Source: a bacterium
Lineage (GTDB): Bacteria > Patescibacteriota > Minisyncoccia > Phycocordibacterales > UBA1006
Reading direction: 5' to 3'
DNA: 64,000 bases
Assembly: GCA_030433255.1 (NCBI GenBank)
Contig: JAUIMI010000002.1
Span: forward strand, 65,177-129,176
The stretch's first letter is position 1; each line of letters starts with the position of its first letter. Shown piece by piece: positions 39,933 to 51,200 of this stretch. The position numbers were made by a program, and so were the translations under genes. The notes beneath the pieces were generated by a model that worked only from the letters and a program-made list of their open reading frames with translations, ran no database searches and had not been told where the DNA came from.

Positions 39933-42047
39933 TTATAATGTTAATGATTCTGTTACCTTATCATAAACTGAGAAATGCCAGTTTGTAGCATGGGTTACAT
40001 ATTTAATCATACATTTATCAATACCCCTGTTGAATAATTCATTTTGCATGCTTTCATAAGCAGATTGAGATTGTTGATTTGAAAATTCGAACTGAGCAGT
40101 TAAACCATTTTCATCAGCAGTTTTTATTATTTTTTCTACAGTATCAACATTATATTGAGCATTTTGCGTTGCAAGGTCTATACAAGAACCTAAATAATGA
40201 CATGGTGACCCATGACCCAGGAATGATGGACCAAAAGCTTCTGTAACACGCGTACTTATGTTTTGTGATTCTAGTGCATTATTAAAATTAATAATTTTTT
40301 GAGCAAAAGAAGACTCAACGTTATTTTGTATACTTGTTCCTTGAGGTGTTCCAGTATCTAAGTTTATTCCATTACCTTCAAGAGAACTTAAATTACCTCC
40401 TTGAGCCACTTGTTGTATTGTTGCAAGTTTATGTGTTGTTTGTCCTTTCCAATACCCTCTATGTTTTCTATTGTTACATATTTGTGTAGCAGGTGCGTTT
40501 GATACTGATAAGTTGGTACCATCACCATCAACTTGTGCTGGGTCTTCTACAATATTAATACTTACTTCTTCAATACCTTGTCCGAAATTAATTTCAAGCA
40601 ATTTCGGATTAATAGTTTTAAGGATAAGGAATATTCCTAATGCCAAAATAAGACCGGTTACTGCACTCATGATTCGTTTCTTTGCGGCACCTTTTGAGTA
40701 TATAGCTTCTGTTGTCATATATTCTACCCCAGCAACTACAATCATAATAACTGAAAGAACCATCAATACACCAAGAGCAATATTAAATAGTGATTGAATA
40801 TATTCACCTAATTGGAAATCTTTTAAATTTCTAATTGCAACTCTTTGTACGTTTCCATTTCCATCCACGACAGTTTCAACGTCACCAGACTGAGAGGTGA
40901 ATCCAGGAATAGGTGCTAGAAATTCGTAACAATTATCGCTATAACCTTCTGATTGGCTAATAAAACAAGGGCTATTTACATCATATGTTGGTTGTTGTGT
41001 TTGAGTGTATTGTGCCGAAGAACTTCCGTTTGAGTTTGTTGAACCCACTAGATTACTATTAATTCTTTGCCACTCAATATTATCACATCCATTTGGCCCA
41101 CAACGAAAATTTATAGCATTTTCATTATTTGGTGTATCTATTACATCATTATCATATTTTTTTATTTTTATACCTGGTAAATTTTCAGAACTTACTCGTA
41201 CAATTGCACCATAGGTACATGAATCAACTCCATCTGTTGAGCCAGTACAATCAGTATCTCCAGGTATATAGGTATTTTTTATTTCAGTTTCTCCTTGTGG
41301 AAGTTTTCCTTCATAACGAGCTTCTTCTGCTTCTTCATCTGCCCCATCATAATCCCATATTTCAACCGTAAATATAATTTCAGAAGCACAGTTGTTTGTT
41401 TGTATGTTTAATTTAACGTCAGATTGTTGCTCTGGGTTTAAAAAAGGTGTTGATGATTCATTTTGTGTACCATGTGGGACAAACGTAACATCTGTAATTT
41501 GACAGTTGTTAAGTAATGTTTGTGTTTGGTTTGCATTATAATTTCCGGTTACGCTAATTACTTCAAATTCTTGTTCCTCATCACAGTCCCCACATGTAGT
41601 CTCAAGTCGAGCTGCGTTTATTTCTGCATCGGTATTAAAAAAAGAAGATGTACCTTCTGGATCTGATGAAAGATTTTGTAGGTAAGCGGATTCAAAGGTT
41701 ACATAATACAAACAATTCTCATCGTCACAATATTCATTTCCAGGTTTAAAAGTAACAACAAGTGGTTCATTCGTTGAATTAAATTGATATCCATATTGTT
41801 CAAAAACATTATCGTCAACACCTCCACTTTCATCTTCCTCAATTATCAGAGTAAATGGTACTCCATCACATTGCCCGTTTTGATTAACATGTAGTTGTAT
41901 TGTTGAGTCTGGAGTAAGTTGACCTGATGGTTTTTCAAAGTAAATACTCTCAATTTGACAATTTTCTTGAGCAAAAATAGTTTGACTTCCAAATCCTCCA
42001 AAAACAAAAAGAGTAATAAATAAAATAGATTTAAGTAGTTGTTTCAT
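39933..42047 (-). CDS. TrbC/VirB2-like pilin fused to N-terminal Cys-rich domains and C-terminal Hedgehog/DD-peptidase-like domain
   Basis: Central 2-TM pilin (AVLMIVVAG.EY..AKKRI..A..GL..INPKLL-type); RVTEAF..H..CHYLGSCIDL..WHFSV. Confidence 0.7.
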   Translation of the reverse strand: MKQLLKSILFITLFVFGGFGSQTIFAQENCQIESIYFEKPSGQLTPDSTIQLHVNQNGQCDGVPFTLIIEEDESGGVDDNVFEQYGYQFNSTNEPLVVTFKPGNEYCDDENCLYYVTFESAYLQNLSSDPEGTSSFFNTDAEINAARLETTCGDCDEEQEFEVISVTGNYNANQTQTLLNNCQITDVTFVPHGTQNESSTPFLNPEQQSDVKLNIQTNNCASEIIFTVEIWDYDGADEEAEEARYEGKLPQGETEIKNTYIPGDTDCTGSTDGVDSCTYGAIVRVSSENLPGIKIKKYDNDVIDTPNNENAINFRCGPNGCDNIEWQRINSNLVGSTNSNGSSSAQYTQTQQPTYDVNSPCFISQSEGYSDNCYEFLAPIPGFTSQSGDVETVVDGNGNVQRVAIRNLKDFQLGEYIQSLFNIALGVLMVLSVIMIVVAGVEYMTTEAIYSKGAAKKRIMSAVTGLILALGIFLILKTINPKLLEINFGQGIEEVSINIVEDPAQVDGDGTNLSVSNAPATQICNNRKHRGYWKGQTTHKLATIQQVAQGGNLSSLEGNGINLDTGTPQGTSIQNNVESSFAQKIINFNNALESQNISTRVTEAFGPSFLGHGSPCHYLGSCIDLATQNAQYNVDTVEKIIKTADENGLTAQFEFSNQQSQSAYESMQNELFNRGIDKCMIKYVTHATNWHFSVYDKVTESLTL

Positions 42048-42109
42048 GTTGTTATTATAATATGTTTACTCTTTGATATAAAGTCGTAAAAATAAAAACA
42101 CCCTTTTGT

Positions 42110-43132
42110 TTAGAGTGTTTTTGGGTTAAATACCAGTTCTAAGTTTGCTTGAGATTTTTGTAATAACTTCTCAATCCCTTCTAGTGCAATATTTATATCA
42201 ACCGCACCAGCTTCTCCTCCTGATGTTATATATAACTCATTTTGTTTTTCAAAATCTTGTGGTGGCTGAGGGTTGTTATTAATACTCCAGTTTACAAACA
42301 GATCTATAAAATTAGGCTGAACCGATGACATGTATAATGGATGGAACGATAGTTTAACGGTATCACCATTAATAACATTATTAGTATTAAGCGCTTTATT
42401 TGTCATAAGCCTATCACCATTGAACTCATAAAAGAGAATTTTAGGTTTATATACATCTGTTGGAATATCAATAGTATTTGTAGCAAATGAGTTTTCACGT
42501 CTATCATTTGAAGTAACAGTAATTTTTTCATTTACTCCTAATGGGTCAGCGGTAAACTCAAATGATTGCTTCCCAAAACCTGATCCTGATTGTTGTCTCG
42601 TATAATTTCTGTCCCAATAATAAATAAGATTTGGTGCATCAGATGGTTCAATAAGTAGTGTTTCTGGTATAGCGGTGATTTTAATTTGGGATTGTTGCAT
42701 AGGAAGTGCCTTTCCTTTGTAAAAAGGTGGAACATAAGCATCAGTTACCTCCCACAGCAGGTTTACCTGTGATGGAGCAAAACGTAACTCTTTTCTAAAA
42801 ACTTGATTCTCGTATTCGACAACAGCTGTAATGTTCGTCACTTCTCCAGAATTACCTGTCGTAAAAATATAATCACGGTTACCATAATCAGCTGACTTTC
42901 TTTCTCCGTTTTCAAACCACGCAATGTAATAGTTATTAAGATTGAAACTATAACTATTAAGTTTTAGTTTTACCTCTTCGTTTGGTCCTGGTATTTTTGG
43001 TGTTGTTTCAACAAAAATATCATCAGCAGAATAGAGTTGAAAATTTTGCGCAACAGTTGTATTTGGAATTACAAAAAAGCTGAGAACCAGAACAGCAAAA
43101 ATAACTATATGATTTTTCCATACATGCAACAT
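42110..43132 (-). CDS. Secreted Ig-like protein of the T4SS-like cluster
   Basis: Signal peptide; VNLLWE..AYVPPFYKGKALP motif. Confidence 0.7.
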   Translation of the reverse strand: MLHVWKNHIVIFAVLVLSFFVIPNTTVAQNFQLYSADDIFVETTPKIPGPNEEVKLKLNSYSFNLNNYYIAWFENGERKSADYGNRDYIFTTGNSGEVTNITAVVEYENQVFRKELRFAPSQVNLLWEVTDAYVPPFYKGKALPMQQSQIKITAIPETLLIEPSDAPNLIYYWDRNYTRQQSGSGFGKQSFEFTADPLGVNEKITVTSNDRRENSFATNTIDIPTDVYKPKILFYEFNGDRLMTNKALNTNNVINGDTVKLSFHPLYMSSVQPNFIDLFVNWSINNNPQPPQDFEKQNELYITSGGEAGAVDINIALEGIEKLLQKSQANLELVFNPKTL

Positions 43133-43195
43133 ATTCTTTCTGTATTATACGGTATTCACAAAAAATCTACCAATAAAAAAACGCATACATGCGAA

Positions 43196-43867
43196 TTATT
43201 GTTCAAGTGTTGGAATATTTCTATGTGTTTCTCCTGGATTAAACATATTATAGAATACTTCAATGGCTTGTTCTGTGTTCAGTTGTTCGGAACGTACACC
43301 AAACCGTGATAAGCCACCTTTTACAATCGCAACACGTTGTTCTAGTTGACTTCGTTGCTCCTCAAATTTACGAGAATCTTCTTTAAATGAAGATTTTTTA
43401 GAACTCCCACCAATGAGTTCTTTTAGAATATTACCACCCTTTTTTTCTTGAGTACCAGTAAACGCACCTCCTGAGTATGGAATTACTACATAGAATTTTT
43501 TAGACATGATATTTACTGAATCAGTAAACCATTTAATAAATTCAATATACTCTTTGGTTTGTAGTCGAAGAAGTTCTTCTTGTTGTTGTTCGATTCGTCT
43601 TTCGAGTGTTAGGAGATATGGTTTTATATCATATCGACGTGATTGTACCGATATCTCAATAGGAAACTCTATTGAATTTAAAAAACCTTGGAATTGCATA
43701 ACAATTGCCTGTTGTTCATCTGGTGATTTTAGTGCGATATTGATTGCCGAAGCAAGTAGTATAGCTCGCAAACTTCCGTCTTCTAGTACGACAATACCGT
43801 CACGAATTTCTTTTACTGGAATAAAATCTTGAGTTCTTGGTCCTGTATATTTTTTAATATCTGCCAT
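43196..43867 (-). CDS. TraC/VirB4 N-terminal-like protein
   Basis: IKEIRDGIVVL-type start, INIALKSPDEQQAI, FYVVIPY; adjacent to PrgI. Confidence 0.75.
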   Translation of the reverse strand: MADIKKYTGPRTQDFIPVKEIRDGIVVLEDGSLRAILLASAINIALKSPDEQQAIVMQFQGFLNSIEFPIEISVQSRRYDIKPYLLTLERRIEQQQEELLRLQTKEYIEFIKWFTDSVNIMSKKFYVVIPYSGGAFTGTQEKKGGNILKELIGGSSKKSSFKEDSRKFEEQRSQLEQRVAIVKGGLSRFGVRSEQLNTEQAIEVFYNMFNPGETHRNIPTLEQ

Positions 43868-43930
43868 ATATGTTTCTAGTATACCTTAATTATTATTTCA
43901 AATAAATAAAAAACTACATCATGTAGTTTT

Positions 43931-44347
43931 TTAGTTATCATCAAAATCCAAAATATCCAAACTCCAAGCTAAATCTGAAATTTTTTGATGACCATCTTCT
44001 TTTGGGAGAGCTCCTTCTTGTGGGAAGGCAGCGTGTACTTGGGTTACGTCTTGTGCACCTGGTTCTGGTTCATGCTGTCTCCATAAATAAAATTTATTTG
44101 TAAAGGTGTATACAATAAATGACTCAACCATATGAATAAAAGGTCTTCCGTTAGGTTTGTAAAATACCAAGGCAAGAGAAAAAGCCGCAATAGGTAACCC
44201 TAATAGAATAGATGCAAAACTTGGTAATAATTTATGTAGTACAAAAATCATTCCTCCTCCACCAACAAGATATAACGCCTGTTTAAAAGTAAAAGGTCCA
44301 AATAATTTGTCAGGAATATTAATAAATTGAGGTACCTCAAATCTCAT
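43931..44347 (-). CDS. PrgI family (VirB3-like) protein
   Basis: FEVPQFI..DKLFGPFTFKQ, 2 TM, NGRPF. Confidence 0.88.
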   Translation of the reverse strand: MRFEVPQFINIPDKLFGPFTFKQALYLVGGGGMIFVLHKLLPSFASILLGLPIAAFSLALVFYKPNGRPFIHMVESFIVYTFTNKFYLWRQHEPEPGAQDVTQVHAAFPQEGALPKEDGHQKISDLAWSLDILDFDDN

Positions 44348-44394
44348 ATCGTTATTATATCATGTTCAAAATATTTAGATAAAAAAGAAGACCT

Positions 44395-45279
44395 CTAATC
44401 TTCTTTTGTTAAATGTTCTAAGAATGTACCTTCTTCTCGTATTTGCTCGTTTTCAGATAATGAAGCTTCTATGGTTTCTGTTTTTGCAGAGAAAGGGTTT
44501 TCCAAAATATGTTTATCAATGGTAGAAAATTCATAATCACCTTGACCTAAATCAGGAAATTGTTTTCTGGGTTTGTCTGTAAATATATCGTCAGGTGTAT
44601 TATGATGTTGTGTTTTAATAATTGAGGTGTTAGTGCGGTGTCCGGTTATTCCTCTTAAATCTTTGGTATCGATTGGTTCTTGGTATGGGTTTTGTGTGTG
44701 TTCAGGTTTTTGATTTGGCTCAGGTATATCATCTGTAATAGTTTCGGTGTGGGTGGTTTCGTGATCTTTGATATTTACCTCGTTTAAAATTGCTGATACT
44801 TCATCATGTAAATCATTGTCAAAAATACGTGGCTCAGGTTCATCTACGAGATGTACTCCTTCTGAACTTAGGATGTTTTTTAGTTCATGATGTTCAATTG
44901 GTTCTTGGTATGGATCATCTGATATTATTTCATCGTGGTTCTCGGTAGTTGTTTCATTATCAAAATTATTTTTACTAAATGCACGTTTTTGTAATTGAAG
45001 AAATATTCGAGAATTTGCTTCGTCTACTAATGAAGCTGCAAGTTGTTTTGAAAAACCGAGTTCACTTACAAGGTTATGTTCATACTGTTCTGCAGGTATT
45101 TTCCCAAGAATTACTAAGAGTGTTTGGTGCCGAAATTCGTCTGCATCGTCTATTTGCATATTGTGTTCATGAGCAATATCAAGTATTTCTTTTGCCCAAT
45201 CAAAAGTAATTACAGCATTTTTAATATTATCAGGAAGTGCTGCAATTGATTGTTGAATTTCTGCATTCGAAAGTTTCAT
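44395..45279 (-). CDS. Hypothetical protein with repeated PYQEPI motif
   Basis: Helical N-domain, acidic disordered tail with DPYQEPI/NPYQEPI. Confidence 0.7.
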   Translation of the reverse strand: MKLSNAEIQQSIAALPDNIKNAVITFDWAKEILDIAHEHNMQIDDADEFRHQTLLVILGKIPAEQYEHNLVSELGFSKQLAASLVDEANSRIFLQLQKRAFSKNNFDNETTTENHDEIISDDPYQEPIEHHELKNILSSEGVHLVDEPEPRIFDNDLHDEVSAILNEVNIKDHETTHTETITDDIPEPNQKPEHTQNPYQEPIDTKDLRGITGHRTNTSIIKTQHHNTPDDIFTDKPRKQFPDLGQGDYEFSTIDKHILENPFSAKTETIEASLSENEQIREEGTFLEHLTKED

Positions 45280-45330
45280 ATCAGTAGTATACCAAATATT
45301 ATAAGAAAAAATAAAAACCTATTTAGGTTT

Positions 45331-47637
45331 TTATTTTTTATCAGCCTCTTGAGGTTTTGCACCAACTTTACCTTCCCGTATTCTTTGAGCTGTTTTTTCA
45401 TCTTTTGTTTCGTAATCTTTAGCAACTTTTTCTCTGGCTATATTATGATTATCTTTTTCAATATTCTTAAGTCTCTCAACTTGTTTCTTGGCTGTTTGTT
45501 TTTCGAAGTCTTTTTTATCTTTTTCAAGATCAGAAAGACCATCTTCCAAAGCGGTTATATTTGCCTGAGCATAGGATGCCAGTGCTGTGTTACCTTCCGC
45601 ATTTGCTTTTGCAAAAATACGTTCTTCTTGCTTAATTTCTTTTTGTTTATCTTTAATATCCTTATCGTAGGCTTTTATAGCTTTGTCTTCAAATTGAGCT
45701 CTACTACTTCCTGCAGGAATATTTGCTACATTTCCACCGCCCATACTTGGAGGTAGTGGAGCGCCATCAATTTGCATATTTACTGTTGGCTCTGCACTAA
45801 CATTAACCACCACAGATTGTGACATTTCTTTTCGTATGTCTTTTGCAAACTGTTCAAGTGTTCGTTCTTTATCATCAATATCTGAATCAAGTTTTTGTTT
45901 CGCTAGTTTTGATTCTTCGGTTTTGATTTCTGAATTAGCATTTGTATCTTTTACTTTTTGTTTAGATTCTTCAACCTCTCTTTGCCAATCAGCAGCTGTT
46001 TTATTTTCTTTGATTTCAGTCTGCGCTTCTTCCTGAACTCGTTTTACTTTTGCAGCCTGTAGGTCAGCATATTCATTTCCTCCGCCCATAGAACCAAGTA
46101 ATGATTTACCATCACCTTCAATATGGCCAAGTAATGATTTACCTGTAACTTTTCCTGCATATTTCGCAGCGTCATCACCCATAATTGATTTTAGAACTTT
46201 ATTTCGTGTTGGGTCTATTCTTGTTGCTTGTAGGTATTTCCCATGTTCTTTAACTGCTGAACCAATAGTGCTCAACCCTTTACCATATTTACCTTTTGAT
46301 AGGTACTTTGCTCCTTGCCCTACACCTTGTGCTGCTGCTCCACCAACACGTAACCCTGTACCAACAGCTGCTGCTCCACCGGTTGCAGCGATAGCTGCTC
46401 CAGCAACAAGTGCTCCTGTAACACCCTGAATACTTCTTGTTGCCATGCTTCCTAACTCACCAGCCATTGAGGTACTTATTTTTTTTGTGAGAAATAACAA
46501 ACCACCAACAATAATAAATGGTATATAAGCCTTGAGGATGCTTTCTAATATACCTTCTCCTGGGCCTGGTTGAATAGATGCAAGGAAACCTTCATTTCCA
46601 AGAAAACTAATAACAAGGTATAGGAAAAACATATATACAGGAGCAAGAAACGCTAAGCTTATTAATTCAGGAAGCCATTTGTTAAATCCTATGTATGATT
46701 TGTTTTGTAGGCTTGGTACCACAATACTTGCAAAAGCAACAGGGGCTAATATTGCAGAAACCATTAAACCAATTGCTCTACCAACAAAAACAAGAATCAT
46801 ACTAATAAATAACCAAATGAGTAATATGTTTAATATTCCTGCTCCTGTGATGATAATAAAGGCTTGCAGTGCCCCAGAACCACTTGCGTTAACTATTTGT
46901 TGAGGATTTATTTTCCCAGCAATAGCAATCGAGAGATTTTTTGAATCTTGAGGAATAATAGATTGCGCTAGGCTAGAGAGACTACTTTCTCCTGAACCTA
47001 ACCCTTCGGTATCATTAGCTATTTGAGTAGTATCCGCATTCGTATTTGTTGCTGCTGTGTTGTATGTATTCGCTGTTGCGTCTATTTTGTTGTATAAGGT
47101 GTGCGCTAGAATATTTGACCCATCAATAATTGCATAGGTCATAAATAAACTAAAATTAATAATCAACGCTATAAGGATTGTTTTTACGAGAGTTTTTTTT
47201 GTTCCTCCATCATCGGAACCAAGAACCATTTTGAATGCTACAACTAGTAATGCAAAAATAAACACAATATTAGTAAAGTCACGTAATATTTCCCAACCAG
47301 CTTCGATAAGACCTGATCGATAGAATTGTGAATCAATTGATAGGAATATAAATATATCCAACATGACACCAATTAATACAACAACTATTTGGGTAAAATA
47401 GAAAATTATAAGTTCATAGAATGACAATAATCCTTCTGATAATTGACACCCTATTCCACTTGCACCAAAAAAACCAGTGTCACAATTAAGGTTTATAGCA
47501 TAAGCCGTATTTTCTGTTATCGAAACTATCTGTTCTCCTGATTGAATAGATTCGATATCGTTGATTCCAATACTTATAGGTAAAAGAAAAACGAGTATTC
47601 CTAATAATACTGTAATTGCTTTTTTAGATAAAAACAT
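45331..47637 (-). CDS. VirB6/TrbL-like polytopic membrane protein
   Basis: GWEILRDFTN, ALIINFS, LAPVAF, FLAPVYMFFLY; Gly/Ala-rich and coiled-coil tail. Confidence 0.8.
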   Translation of the reverse strand: MFLSKKAITVLLGILVFLLPISIGINDIESIQSGEQIVSITENTAYAINLNCDTGFFGASGIGCQLSEGLLSFYELIIFYFTQIVVVLIGVMLDIFIFLSIDSQFYRSGLIEAGWEILRDFTNIVFIFALLVVAFKMVLGSDDGGTKKTLVKTILIALIINFSLFMTYAIIDGSNILAHTLYNKIDATANTYNTAATNTNADTTQIANDTEGLGSGESSLSSLAQSIIPQDSKNLSIAIAGKINPQQIVNASGSGALQAFIIITGAGILNILLIWLFISMILVFVGRAIGLMVSAILAPVAFASIVVPSLQNKSYIGFNKWLPELISLAFLAPVYMFFLYLVISFLGNEGFLASIQPGPGEGILESILKAYIPFIIVGGLLFLTKKISTSMAGELGSMATRSIQGVTGALVAGAAIAATGGAAAVGTGLRVGGAAAQGVGQGAKYLSKGKYGKGLSTIGSAVKEHGKYLQATRIDPTRNKVLKSIMGDDAAKYAGKVTGKSLLGHIEGDGKSLLGSMGGGNEYADLQAAKVKRVQEEAQTEIKENKTAADWQREVEESKQKVKDTNANSEIKTEESKLAKQKLDSDIDDKERTLEQFAKDIRKEMSQSVVVNVSAEPTVNMQIDGAPLPPSMGGGNVANIPAGSSRAQFEDKAIKAYDKDIKDKQKEIKQEERIFAKANAEGNTALASYAQANITALEDGLSDLEKDKKDFEKQTAKKQVERLKNIEKDNHNIAREKVAKDYETKDEKTAQRIREGKVGAKPQEADKK

Positions 47638-47731
47638 GACTATATTATAGTATAGAATGATTCTTTTTCATAAAATAAAACTACCAATCTCAAAGACTGG
47701 TAGCTATGTACATAAATTATAATTCTTGAAT

Positions 47732-48085
47732 TTAATTTGAAGCGATAGTATTGTTTTGTTTTTCTATAATGTAAGATTTGATGTAATTAAGTAATAAATT
47801 AACTTTTTTATACTGAACCACTTCAACATTCTCAACATTTTTTTTATGAAAATCATTTAAAGAACTAACTAGTAAAAAATTTTCTTTTTCTTTTGTTTGA
47901 ATTCTTACATATAGTTTGTTTTCCAAAACCTTCATTTCAACTGCTGCTGCTGTTGGTTTCTCTGCAAAAACTTCACTAGTAAATTGTTGAATGTCTAATT
48001 TTGTTATTTTTTCTTGTGCGTTTACTGTATTTGTACCTAGTACAAAAGCAAACATAAATACGAAAATTAAAAATAATTTTTTCAT
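47732..48085 (-). CDS. Small Bacteroidota-like secreted protein inserted in the T4SS-like cluster
   Basis: MKKLFLIFVFMFAFVLGTNTVNA|QEK signal peptide. Confidence 0.7.
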   Translation of the reverse strand: MKKLFLIFVFMFAFVLGTNTVNAQEKITKLDIQQFTSEVFAEKPTAAAVEMKVLENKLYVRIQTKEKENFLLVSSLNDFHKKNVENVEVVQYKKVNLLLNYIKSYIIEKQNNTIASN

Positions 48086-48236
48086 GGTATTAAGTTTTGT
48101 GTTGCTCTTGTGCAACGGTTGTGGGCATTATTGCCTATGTTTGTATAAATTATGACACACTTTTTCCAATTTTGTAAATTAAGTTATCCACAGAAATAGA
48201 ACAACTTAAAATAAAAAAACAACCATATGGTTGTTT

Positions 48237-51200
48237 TTAAATTCCAGTATTTATAACCCCCGAGAAAATTAATTGATAATCAAGATTCGATGCAGCATAC
48301 CAATTATGTCGTATACATTCTGGTTGGAAATCACTATCATCATCTCCGCCTAATCCGGTTGATCTTTGTAAATCAGAAATTCTTGGATTTCGACAGAACA
48401 AGACCCCTCTTTCACCACGAGCACGATTAAACGATGAAAAGAATCTGTCTTTTAAGAACATATCTTTAATTTCATAAGCGTTTTGTTGAATAGGCTTGAA
48501 ACCATAATCAGGATAATATCGTTGGAAATAGGCTTCTGTTTGTGGAAATTCTTGATCTTCATATTCAGGTAGCGTTGTTTCTGTACCAGGAGTTACCTGA
48601 ACGCTTACTGTTTCAATTATTGAATCATCAAAACGAAGAACACTGTTTTCAATTGCTGTTGGGCTCGCAATAACATTAGAAGTGAACACACTTTCTGTGT
48701 TTGGGTCACCATCATTTATTTTTGCATATTCATCTTCTAAAAATATTCTAATATCTTCATTGGTTCGATATGGTGTTGGGACGCCAATAAAGGTAAATCC
48801 TCCACCACCTCCACCAAACAATCCAAAGATATTACCAATAGCCAAGTATGGGTTTAAATTAAAGAGAGCTGTATTTACAATTGTTTGTTCGGTGGCAGTT
48901 GTATTAGTGTCACTACCACTAACAATAGATTGCAATTCAGAAAGATTTGCTCCAAGTGCATATGATTTCAAAACTAAACAATCACTGAGAATCTTTTCAC
49001 TCTCAACAGCACCACTATCAATACGGTTCCGATTAGCTTTTGCTCGAGCAATAAATTCATTATTAGATAAGTTACTTTGTTCAATATAGAAACCATAACG
49101 ATATTCTTCTTTTGTATCTCGTGGAGTACGATCTCGCCAAATATCCCATGCCATAGTAATAACAGCGTCACGAACACGGTTTGGGTTATTAGTTAATACA
49201 CTTGAAGTTGTTTCACCTTCTTCTATTCTAAGATTTAGATAGGTGATTGAGCTAGATCCATCAAATTTTTCAAATCCGTTTGCAGCATGTTCGGCTGCTT
49301 GTAATTTTTGAGTTGATGACAATTCATCCCATTGTGATTCATTAAGTACTAATTCACTTACATTTAATTCATTTTTATATGCATCAAATTCATCTTGAAT
49401 ATTTTGACGAATAAATTTCAAATTCAATAAGAGATTATTTAATGTTGTTATTCGTTGATCAATTTGAATACGTTCAGTTCGTGTTCCTCCAAGTAATTGA
49501 CTAAACAAGCTACGTATTCTCTCTGAGCCAGGAATATTTACAAGTGGGTCTTCAACCATTTCTTTTGTTTCAGTAAGTCCAATTTGATCAGATTCATTTC
49601 CATTAACATCAAATACGTCTTTATATCGTTGTTCCCAGTTATAATCTGGTCCAGGTAAACAACGATCTAATTCAATAGCGGTATTTTGTGACCCATCAAG
49701 AATATCTGATGCTTCGTTGTAATATCCTAATTCTTCTTCTGCAAGATGGATATTTCGTGTTAATTCTTGTCGTAAATTAATAATTACTTGTGGGCTGTTG
49801 CTCCATGCGGTGTTCCCAATATCTTCTGGTCCACCGATGAAACTGGTATCAACTGTATTACCAAAAATAGTTGATGTTGAGCTTGATGAAGATCCTGTGG
49901 CGTTCGCAATAGTGGTTGTGCTTGGGTTACTGGTAATTCCTAATACATCATATTGTGATTGATAATCAGTTACCCCAGTTGTTGCAAAGGTGTTTTGTGA
50001 TTCTTGAGGGGTAAAAAAGGTATTTACAGCAGCTCCTGTTAATTGTGATAAACCACTTTCTAATAAGCCATCAGTAAGTCGCCCTAGTGAGCTAATTAAA
50101 GGTGTCACCAATGAATCAGAAAAGAATTTCCCCTTATCTTCTTCTGATATAAGTGCGTTGTTTAATTTAGCTTCTACTTGTCCTCCTGGAGTTGCGGTTA
50201 TGATTTGTGTTCCTTCTGGGCAACTACCATCGTTAATTGAACTACCGTCAGAACATATTTTTTTGTCTAATACTTTTACTGGGGTTTGTAGGTCTTGTAC
50301 AACACTAGAAACTTTTGAAGTTGTTTTTTGACCCAGTGCTCCTTTCACGAGTGTTTGTAGTCCTGCATCATAGTTGTGTGGATCTGCTAACGCAAGATAT
50401 CCTTCCCATCCTCCAACGGTTATATCGGTTTTGAAGGCATCTTTTGCACCTTGAGAACCTAATAATTCTGTAAGTGTTTCACCTTGACCTTGGATTAACG
50501 AATCTAATGGATCAATATTTAAACGCTCTGACCCTGCTGTTGCAATAGTGGTTGCTACTGCACGTTTTGTGTTTAATTCCCCTGATTGATAGAGTTGATA
50601 GTTTTGTTCTGCAATAGCAGCAACATTACTAGCCAATTGAGATGTGTTGTCTTGGCATGCCTGTAGTGCCGAATTGTAGAGTGGTATTTGGTCTATACAT
50701 GTATCCCATGCAATTTCTTGTGCATCTCTTTCGTTTTCACACGCTTCTATTAATTCTTCATCTTCTAGGGGATCTAGTTGATATATACACCCCTCAAATT
50801 CATTTAGATATTGATCATATCTATTGGCACATGCAGCTTCTGAATTCTCAGCCAAGGGATATTGCGCATATACTTCATTTATACAAGTAAGGTTATCTAT
50901 ATCAGAATTTAGTTGTATATTATTTGCAACATTAGATGCTGTATTAAATGCATTTGAAATTACCTCATGCTCAGTTCCCTTGAGAAAATATTCCCAATTA
51001 TTTACAAATCCTGGATCTCCATCAAAGCCATTATTTGCCCAATTAATAGTATCCGAGGTGAGTTTTGTTAGTACTCGATCAGCCAATGATTTAACAACCG
51101 GCTTAAGCACATCATCTTTGGTAAATTGCCAAATTTGGTTTGCAATATTTGACGGATCATCAAGGTCTAATGCATATGCTTGTTTTGGTTGTGATAACTG

